From assembly GCA_016290875.1 (NCBI GenBank), contig JAEEVL010000019.1, positions 252 through 64,251 on the forward strand: DNA of 64,000 nt, given 5' to 3'. Source of the stretch: Ruminococcus sp. (GTDB taxonomy: Bacteria > Bacillota > Clostridia > Oscillospirales > Ruminococcaceae). Position numbers and translations under genes: made by a program. This document shows positions 57,601-64,000 of the stretch, one piece after another. The notes below the pieces were generated by a model. That model saw only the letters and a program-made list of their open reading frames with translations, made no database searches and had not been told where the DNA came from. How positions within the stretch are numbered: the stretch's first letter is position 1; every line of letters begins with the position of its first letter.

Positions 57601-60600
57601 ATCTTGTCATACTCGTATGTTGTGACTGCACCGCTCGGAGATGTCTGTGAAATGAGGTTGTAGTTCTTGTCATACTCGTATGTCTCGAAAGTTCCGTTAG
57701 GATATGTCTTCTTTACGAGATTGCCTGCCTTGTCGTAATCCATTGTAAAGGTTCTGCCAAGGCGGTCTGTTGCAGAAATATTGTTGCCTTCCTTATCGTA
57801 TGTGAAGGATTCGGAAGTTCCGTCGGCGTATACTATCTTCTGGAGATTTCCGAGATTGTCATAGCAGTATGATGTCTTTCTGCCGTTTGGATCAGTTGAA
57901 GAAGCTATCTTGTCGATCTCATTGTATTCATTTAATGTGATGTTTCCGTCGCTGTCTGTTACCTGAACAAGATTGCCGAATTCATCATACTGATAGAACT
58001 CTGTTACTTCTCTCTTCTTGCCGTCGATTGTGTAACTGAGCTTCTTTGAAGCAAGGTAACCGCTTTCGTCATAAGTGAATTCTGTAACGGTACCTGTGCC
58101 GTTTGTCATTGAAAGGACATTTCCGTCAGAGTCATAGGTGAAGTTCATGAACTTGCCTATGTTGTCTGTTACTGATGTTACGTTGTTGTCCTTGTCGTAG
58201 GTGTAGTTTTCAGTATTGCCAAGAGCATCTGTCATTGTTTCGATGTATCCGCGCTTGTTATAGCCGAATGACATGAGCTCTGTGCCCATAGCGTTTACTG
58301 ATACGAGCTGTCCGAAGGAGTCGTACTCGTTGCTTACGGTATGTCCCTCAGCATCAGTAACAGTACCTACGCTGCCGAACTGGTCGTAAGAGTAGTTTGT
58401 GGTATTGCCCTTTGCATCTGTCTTGGAAGCAAGTCTGCCGTTTTCGTCATAAGTGTTCTCAACAACATTGCCCATCGGATCAGTCTGTGAAAGAACATTT
58501 CCCTTGTTGTCGTAAACGTAGCGTGAAATGCCGCCGTTTCTGTCAGTAATGACCTCTTCACGTCCTTCAATGTCATGGCTGTATACCATTTCATTACCGT
58601 CAGCGTCGATAGTCTTTATGAGTCTTCCATCATCGTCGTATACGTTCTTTGTAATTGAAACGCCTCTTGCGTCGATGATATTTGTGATGTAGTGGTCAGT
58701 GTACTCGAACTTGGTTTCCTTTCCGTCTGAATCAACAGAAACAAGGTCGCCGAATACGTTGTAGCTGTATCCTACATTCTTACCTGTAAAGCTTGTGATG
58801 TCTGTGATCCTGTTTTTCTCATCGCGTGTGAACTTGATGGATCTGCCATCAGTATTTGTAATACCGCTGGCGTCGAAGGTTACTACCTTGCCGTTGGTAT
58901 ATGTTATGCTGCGGAGACCGTCCTTCTTGTCAAGGACGTAAACAGTACCGTTTGATCTTGTGTATCTGAATGTCTGAGGATCAAATACCTCAAGGTCAGG
59001 TGTAAGAAGGAGTCCGCTGTTATAGATAAGAGCGTCAGGTGACATATCCAGCGGTTCGAGCTTGGAGCCCTTGTTCTCCATCGAAGTATACTTGGCTGTG
59101 ATGCCGTATTCGATAGGATAGAACATCTGAGCAGCCGGATCAAGCGACATCATGAATGTCTCCGGCTTTCCGTCGCCGAGGTCAACTGTGATCCTGTGCT
59201 TCTTGTTTTCGCGGAGCGAATATGAAGTAATGAACTGTCTTGCGCTTGTCTCCTGTACCCAGTTCTCGCCCTGTGTTCCGCTTATGTTAAGCTTTGCATT
59301 GACAAGAGCAAGATCCCAGCCGTAGCCGAAGTCACTGTGAGAGTTTCTGCGCTTTGAGTCATAGCTTCTGAGGACAGATACGTCTGTGCCGTTCATACGA
59401 ACGTCCATATCATCGAAGTTAAGCGTGAAGTTGCCTATCTTCATGTTACCTGTGAACTGTACTGTAACGCTGTCGGAAGCCTTTACTCCGTCACCGAATA
59501 CAGAGAGTCTGAGGTCATAGTATCCGTTCTCGATAAGTGTTGTGTCAACATTTGCTGTAAGACTGCTGTCACTATTTGTGAGTGTGCCTGTTGCAGCAGT
59601 AAGGTAATTGCCTGTGCCAGCCTCAGCATATTCGAGGATGTACTTTGTGAAGTATCCGGATGTTATATCTGCCTTTACCTCAAACACGCCTGAATTCTCA
59701 GACATATCCTCAGGTGAAGTGATAGTACAGGAATACTTGTCAGGATCAGCAGCATAATTATGCTTGATAATTGTGTCTACTGAATTTTCAGCTTCAGTTC
59801 CGTCAGGAGCAATTACTGCAACTGTGATCTTATACTTTCCGTCTTCAGTCATCGAAACATCAGTCGATGAGCTGATAGTTCCGTCAGCGCCGACTGTGCC
59901 GCTTGCAATACGTACAGGATCATTGTCGCCGCCGGTCTTCTCCATATAGATCTCATACTTGCCGTTCTTGAGCGCATCGTCAGCCTGTACCTCTACCTTG
60001 AGGACAGAATCGATAACGCTTCCGCTCACAGGCTTGCTGAAGAAGATTGCGTCTCCGTCCAAAGGCTTATCTGTGCCGTTCTTAACGGCATACTTTGCAG
60101 TTGCCTTTGTAGAGTTTCCACCGTTGTCGGTTGCTGTGAGAATTATCTCATATACACCGTTGTCAAGGAGTGTTGTGTCCCATGTGCCGAGCTCTTCATT
60201 GTTCTTTGTAAGCTGAGCTGATGATATGAGTGTTGTGAGAGCTTCACCGTCTTTTTTGTATTCAAGGGTGTAGCCTCTGATTGATGTTTCGTCTGAAACA
60301 GAACCCGTTACCTTTACCTTGCCGGAAACAATTGCACCGTCCTCAGGTAAAGTGATAGCAGCCGAAGGTGCTGTGTGGTCTGCTGTATCGATAAATGAGA
60401 TATCGAGACTCTTTTCAGTCTTGCCGCCCTTACTGTCAACTGTACTTACCTTAATAGTAACAGTCTTGGGCTCTGTCTCTGTGAATCTTAGTTCACCGGG
60501 AGCCTCAGCGATCTTTGCATTGTCCTTGTATACAAATACGCTTGTAAGCCCGTCGATGTCCTTTGCGTCGATGTTTACAACAACGATATCGCCTATCTCC

Positions 60601-63600
60601 AGTGTTTCAGCTGATGCCTTGATGCTTATTTCAGCAGGTGTATCAGGCTTAGCTGTTGTTGTAGCAACTGTTGTAGTCTCAGATGTTGTAGTAGCTGATG
60701 TAGTTGTTGCAGCTGTTTCAGTTACAGTCTTCTCCTCTGTCTGAACAGTAAGGTAAACTGTCGCTGTTGCTGTATTCTTAGCCTTATCAGTTGCTTCGAT
60801 AACGATAGTATACTTGCCGTCCTTAACCTCCGGGATAGCGAAGGAAACGATCTCAGCACAGTTTACCTCAGTGCTCTTTTCGCAGACATCTGTGTATTCC
60901 TTATCGTCCTCAAAGGCATACTTGACCTTGTAGGAGTCGAATTCTCGGTCATCCTTGATAGTACCGTTGATAGTAACAGTGCCCTCAGAGAAGATAACAT
61001 CAGTCTTATCATTGATAGTGATAACAGGAGGTGTGACATCACGAGGAGGTCCTACCACAACTGTCTTTGAAACAGTTACTGTGTTTCCTGCTATATCAGC
61101 ACACTCAGCTGTAAACTCGACTGTGCCTTCTTCATTTGCATCGTAGAGAACGCTTCCGCCAAATTCAGAAATTGAAGTGCCGTTAGCCTTTATCTTTACA
61201 TATGCAACCTCTGTGTTGTCAGTTGCTGATGCTGTTACAAGAATAGTATCGCCCTTTGCAGGTGCTTCATCTGATACTGTAAGTGAGAGTACAGGATCCT
61301 CTTCGTCAATGAAGAGATCGGTGTTCTCCATCTTCTTAGCGTAGATGACCTCAACGTAAGGTTTGCTCCACTCGCCGAGTTCATCGCGGACGATGAATTT
61401 CTGGAGATATACCTCTTCAGGATCGATGAGCTTGGGAACTGTTCCCTCTATCCACTCGGGATCGTCAATGCGCTTCCAGCTGAGGACACTTTCTGTGATG
61501 CCCTTGTTATCAGCGCTCTTTCTGTCAATATCGAATGACTCAGTTGTTATCTCACAGATGAACTCGTTAGCATTCTTGGTCTTGCCTATCTTGGAGTTGA
61601 TGATTGCTGTAGGCTTTGCATGAACGTAGAGACCGTCTGTCCACTTTCTCTCGTTCGACCACTTGCTATATGAGTTGAGAGCGGAATTTCCGTTTGTCGG
61701 ATCATCCTTAACAACTGACTTTATCTTGTAAAGACCTGTTGCTTCAAGATTTGTAAGCGGTGTATCCTGAGTATAGCTTCCGCTGGGCTTTGAGCTGTTC
61801 TCATAGATTGTTGAATCAAGCTCGTAACTCCATTTCTGCTCGCCTACCGGATCGTTCTCCTTATCGACGAAACTGTTCTCGTAGCATAACTCGTCTGATG
61901 TTGTAACTGTGTTGTCCTTGATTTTGTAGTCGTTCTTGCTGAGTTCGCCAAGAATATACTTTTCAAGTGTATCAGGCTGCTTCAGCACATCATACCAATC
62001 GAAATAATTTCCGTCAGTAGACTTTAAAAGATTCTCATACTGATCCTTGGAATCAGCCGTACCAAGGCCGATGAAGTTTGCGTTCTTCTCAACAAGTGAC
62101 TTGATAGTAGAACCTGTCATCTCCTTGTCGGCAAGATCGTAGTTGCTTGTTTTGCCAAGGTTGATAACAAAATGCTCTGCTGAGTCTCTCCACTTGAATT
62201 CGTCAAGTATGTCGCTCAGCTCGCTTCCGCTGAGAGTAGACATCTTGATGTTGCTGAATGTGAAGTAGGACTGCTGTGAGCAGCCATGTGAATCATGGCA
62301 TATGATAGGTCCGAAGCCTGTACCGGTATTCTCGCTTTCAAGCACAAAGTTCTCAATAGCAGGCTTATCGTTTACATATACTGAAAGGAGTCTGCTGCTT
62401 GCAATGATCCTTACATTGTAATTATCGTAAACATTTGCAACCGGAACTGTCTGAAGAACCTTTCCGGCGCTCTGAGCTGAACCGTATGCACCATTTCTGA
62501 ACGATTCTACATCAAGGTCTGTGAACTTGATGAGCTTGAATCCGCCCTGTGTAAGGAGGATACAGTAGCCGTTCATTTTCTTTATGGGTGCGGGAGTCTC
62601 TGTGCTTCCTTCGGGTACCTCAGGAGTTATTTCCTCAATAGAGGTATTGAATAAGAAGCCGCCGCCCTCCATACTGTGCCAGTCTGTTGCGTCTCTTACC
62701 ATATCGAATGAGAGGACACGTTTTGCAGAGATGCCGTCGTTTACATACAGCCAGTCTCTGAGAGGAGCATAGCTGTAGCCGACCATCTTGATAGAATCAT
62801 CAGTAAATGTGATGTGCTTATCAAGAGTAGGAAGGTAACGGTCTGCATAATTATAATGGTCGTATTCCTCCCAGGCGAACTTGTCTTTCGCTGTAAGAGT
62901 TGTCGTGCTTACAGTTGAGAGATTTACGGAGAAGCCTCTTGCTTCGAGGTCTGCCTTTATCTTCTCAACGTTGCTGTTGAGAGTTTCAACATCGTCAACG
63001 TCTGCATTTCCGACTGTAACAACGATATCAACGTTCTTAGCTTTGCTCATTCCTGAAAGCGACTCAGGAGCTTCGTTGATTACCTCAGCTGTTTTACGGC
63101 TGATTTGCGGATCATCAAGGCTGTCGCCGATGCGGTAAGCATCTTCTGAAACAAGTGCTGGTATCGTATCCGTAAACTTTTCAGCTGCAACAACGCGGAA
63201 CTTGTACTTTCCGACAGAATCAGCAGTGTAAGTTACAGATGTCTCGTTTCCGACATTGAATACCTTCTCTTCTTCATCAGAGAAATCGCCGTCGTTATCG
63301 CTGTCGAAGAAAACTGACCAGATACGGCTGCCTATTTCGTCACCGTCAGGCGAGTAAGAAGTATCTTCAAGTTTGAAAACAGCCTTACCTTCATCATTTC
63401 TTACGGCGATATCGGAATCTATCCAGAAACCTGCCACAGGTGCCATATCCTCTGTGATATTGAGCTTGTAGTGGTATCTGAAATTATTGCCATTATCATC
63501 TGTTCCGGTAATATAGACATTGTATTTACCTGTTTTTTCAATGATAAGCTCTTTATGAAGTTTATCGGAAGCAGTATCATCAATAAGGATGTTCTTTGTA

Positions 63601-64000
63601 TATGCTTCGTTATCAGCTGTAAAGCTCCATTCGATCGAATCTCCATCGATTTTATTCAGACCGTAGCTGTCAGAAATATCAAGAGTTATCTTTCTGTTCT
63701 GACGATAGCTGCGCTTTAAGTCCTTGATCTTTATTTCAGGACTGAATGATGCGATCGGAGAATCGCTGTCTGTAACAGGGTTAAGTGTTAGATCTGTACC
63801 GTTGAGCTCAACGTCTTTAGCGATGATAGCGCCGTTTACTGTGAGATGCTTGGCGTTTATCTCGATTTTTCCGTTAGGGGCATAGATAATGCCGTTGATG
63901 GTGAGCTCAGTACCCTGAATAGTGATATTTCCCTTCTGAGAATAAAGGAAAAGCTCACAGTCTTCATCGTTCTGTACAGCGTCGTACTGAATGTCATTCT
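54597..64000 (-). CDS. rhs: Giant Rhs polymorphic toxin (>3130 aa, 5' end outside window): Ig-like/PKD stalk, YD repeats, Rhs core, Hint, AHH nuclease
   Basis: Frame stays open from 63446 to window end (read manually); core YLYCGEQYD..GFYYLRARYMDP..G.F...DPTG; Hint CFTGDT...HN at 54972-55376; tip AAHIV...AANGVPL..H..H. Confidence 0.9.
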   Translation of the reverse strand, partial: NDIQYDAVQNDEDCELFLYSQKGNITIQGTELTINGIIYAPNGKIEINAKHLTVNGAIIAKDVELNGTDLTLNPVTDSDSPIASFSPEIKIKDLKRSYRQNRKITLDISDSYGLNKIDGDSIEWSFTADNEAYTKNILIDDTASDKLHKELIIEKTGKYNVYITGTDDNGNNFRYHYKLNITEDMAPVAGFWIDSDIAVRNDEGKAVFKLEDTSYSPDGDEIGSRIWSVFFDSDNDGDFSDEEEKVFNVGNETSVTYTADSVGKYKFRVVAAEKFTDTIPALVSEDAYRIGDSLDDPQISRKTAEVINEAPESLSGMSKAKNVDIVVTVGNADVDDVETLNSNVEKIKADLEARGFSVNLSTVSTTTLTAKDKFAWEEYDHYNYADRYLPTLDKHITFTDDSIKMVGYSYAPLRDWLYVNDGISAKRVLSFDMVRDATDWHSMEGGGFLFNTSIEEITPEVPEGSTETPAPIKKMNGYCILLTQGGFKLIKFTDLDVESFRNGAYGSAQSAGKVLQTVPVANVYDNYNVRIIASSRLLSVYVNDKPAIENFVLESENTGTGFGPIICHDSHGCSQQSYFTFSNIKMSTLSGSELSDILDEFKWRDSAEHFVINLGKTSNYDLADKEMTGSTIKSLVEKNANFIGLGTADSKDQYENLLKSTDGNYFDWYDVLKQPDTLEKYILGELSKNDYKIKDNTVTTSDELCYENSFVDKENDPVGEQKWSYELDSTIYENSSKPSGSYTQDTPLTNLEATGLYKIKSVVKDDPTNGNSALNSYSKWSNERKWTDGLYVHAKPTAIINSKIGKTKNANEFICEITTESFDIDRKSADNKGITESVLSWKRIDDPEWIEGTVPKLIDPEEVYLQKFIVRDELGEWSKPYVEVIYAKKMENTDLFIDEEDPVLSLTVSDEAPAKGDTILVTASATDNTEVAYVKIKANGTSISEFGGSVLYDANEEGTVEFTAECADIAGNTVTVSKTVVVGPPRDVTPPVITINDKTDVIFSEGTVTINGTIKDDREFDSYKVKYAFEDDKEYTDVCEKSTEVNCAEIVSFAIPEVKDGKYTIVIEATDKAKNTATATVYLTVQTEEKTVTETAATTTSATTTSETTTVATTTAKPDTPAEISIKASAETLEIGDIVVVNIDAKDIDGLTSVFVYKDNAKIAEAPGELRFTETEPKTVTIKVSTVDSKGGKTEKSLDISFIDTADHTAPSAAITLPEDGAIVSGKVKVTGSVSDETSIRGYTLEYKKDGEALTTLISSAQLTKNNEELGTWDTTLLDNGVYEIILTATDNGGNSTKATAKYAVKNGTDKPLDGDAIFFSKPVSGSVIDSVLKVEVQADDALKNGKYEIYMEKTGGDNDPVRIASGTVGADGTISSSTDVSMTEDGKYKITVAVIAPDGTEAENSVDTIIKHNYAADPDKYSCTITSPEDMSENSGVFEVKADITSGYFTKYILEYAEAGTGNYLTAATGTLTNSDSSLTANVDTTLIENGYYDLRLSVFGDGVKASDSVTVQFTGNMKIGNFTLNFDDMDVRMNGTDVSVLRSYDSKRRNSHSDFGYGWDLALVNAKLNISGTQGENWVQETSARQFITSYSLRENKKHRITVDLGDGKPETFMMSLDPAAQMFYPIEYGITAKYTSMENKGSKLEPLDMSPDALIYNSGLLLTPDLEVFDPQTFRYTRSNGTVYVLDKKDGLRSITYTNGKVVTFDASGITNTDGRSIKFTRDEKNRITDITSFTGKNVGYSYNVFGDLVSVDSDGKETKFEYTDHYITNIIDARGVSITKNVYDDDGRLIKTIDADGNEMVYSHDIEGREEVITDRNGGISRYVYDNKGNVLSQTDPMGNVVENTYDENGRLASKTDAKGNTTNYSYDQFGSVGTVTDAEGHTVSNEYDSFGQLVSVNAMGTELMSFGYNKRGYIETMTDALGNTENYTYDKDNNVTSVTDNIGKFMNFTYDSDGNVLSMTNGTGTVTEFTYDESGYLASKKLSYTIDGKKREVTEFYQYDEFGNLVQVTDSDGNITLNEYNEIDKIASSTDPNGRKTSYCYDNLGNLQKIVYADGTSESFTYDKEGNNISATDRLGRTFTMDYDKAGNLVKKTYPNGTFETYEYDKNYNLISQTSPSGAVTTYEYDKINRNTAIIDALGNRTEFAYSDKSQLASMTDAKGNVYKYSYDNAGNKIKTEYPDGSETASSYDERGRLASQTDQNGNVTKYSYDNGDRLTSVEDALGNVTEYTYNEIGNLIAVKDANDNVTNYSYDDFSRVTRVENALGQTAEMTYDALGNVLTSTDFAGKLTEYTYDADGRLISEKNDDRTVTYTYSKDGKLISARDSYGTTSFTYSDMDELIKVSYPNGTSVEYTYDETGRLTDVTTAYGTTSYGYDALDRLVKVTDRNGNVTTYSYDANGNRTALNYANGVTVSYKYDKLNRLTSETAVDKDGNTVSKYEYTLGKAGERLKVTELARTVEYTYDELYRLTSEKITKSDNSVTQIAYTYDNVSNRTSKVENGKKTSYTYNALNQLLKENDTEYAYDKAGNLISKKESDSETTYAYNAANKLIRATTQKGNSVAVEEYEYDYAGNRTVKKSENDYTYYLNDLSGNLTNVLAETDKSNNEECYYTLGADLISQERSSNISYYIADGHGSVRMLTDKSGAVTDTYDFDAWGVMISSNGVTENNYLYCGEQYDTATGFYYLRARYMDPATGTFTTMDTYQGSIFDPVSLHKYLYANANPVTNSDPTGYFSLAEFSVADAINGILDKAQNLKIVKIYKEMKETIELIDKLATIIDIGRQVVSWLTDPDADAVDIILGIAAGIISGFFLKKMCDIKHLGPILRGLILANGYVTECTAIVNAAKNGDWISVITGTVHLIVSLLALSDNCFTGDTLVATENGQKRIEEIEVGEKVWSFDINTGKTELKEVTTVFVHECDEILHLYTTADDIDTTTNHPFYVIGKGWVAAGDLNKGDELYLESGDIAIVTGSEFERFGKPIRVYNLEVADSHTYFVGDNGILIHNTCSEHSQKLRENLEKDGRPVGQGQAAAHIVASGGEKGHWENAAKSRALLELFGIDVDDAANGVPLGHPNPHGKTHTRDFHTRVYNRLSKVVKDLEGSDNNTIKNALLSTLRAIGKQVVGGNYNV

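Noticed and set aside
63419-63719. Separate small ORFs or a frameshift upstream of rhs
   Set aside because: Manual translation shows the rhs frame is open to the window end; these ORFs are alternate frames
1-64000. tRNA/rRNA genes
   Set aside because: No cloverleaf or rRNA signatures recognised; the integration target is a protein-coding gene

Overview
Firmicute (Ruminococcus-like: dockerins, sortase motif, CBM22-dockerin-CE1) chromosomal window. 1-8733 is a mobile/accessory region. It holds the right end of a probable prophage (GH25 endolysin end, three tandem excisionases, Tn916-family tyrosine integrase) followed by two integrase-less 2.3-2.6 kb cassettes carrying TA/defence modules (Panacea+GNAT-like; DarTG). 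All three units end in the same ~215-bp attachment arm, which re-supplies an RBS and the first 10 codons (MI[K/R]VMFVCHG) of the target LMW protein-tyrosine-phosphatase gene. This forms a tandem, integron-like defence-cassette array next to a Tn916-type integrase and is the top finding. A second micro-cassette (554 bp, 22-bp direct repeats) sits at the endolysin 3' end. The rest is host chromosome: PTP/ABC-F/pseudouridine synthase, AraC/MATE, ECF/anti-sigma, TE-II/PPTase, an EAL protein, a transglutaminase-like + sortase-anchored surface-protein pair, a TCS, crcB, dockerin proteins, an MFS with a putative leader-peptide attenuator, a redox locus (nfnAB-hydCBA; kinase-hfsA-hydS-phosphatase-LysR-ldh; LysR), and a >3100-aa Rhs-Hint-AHH toxin with a DUF4303 immunity gene. 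All family assignments are by motif recognition, not database search.
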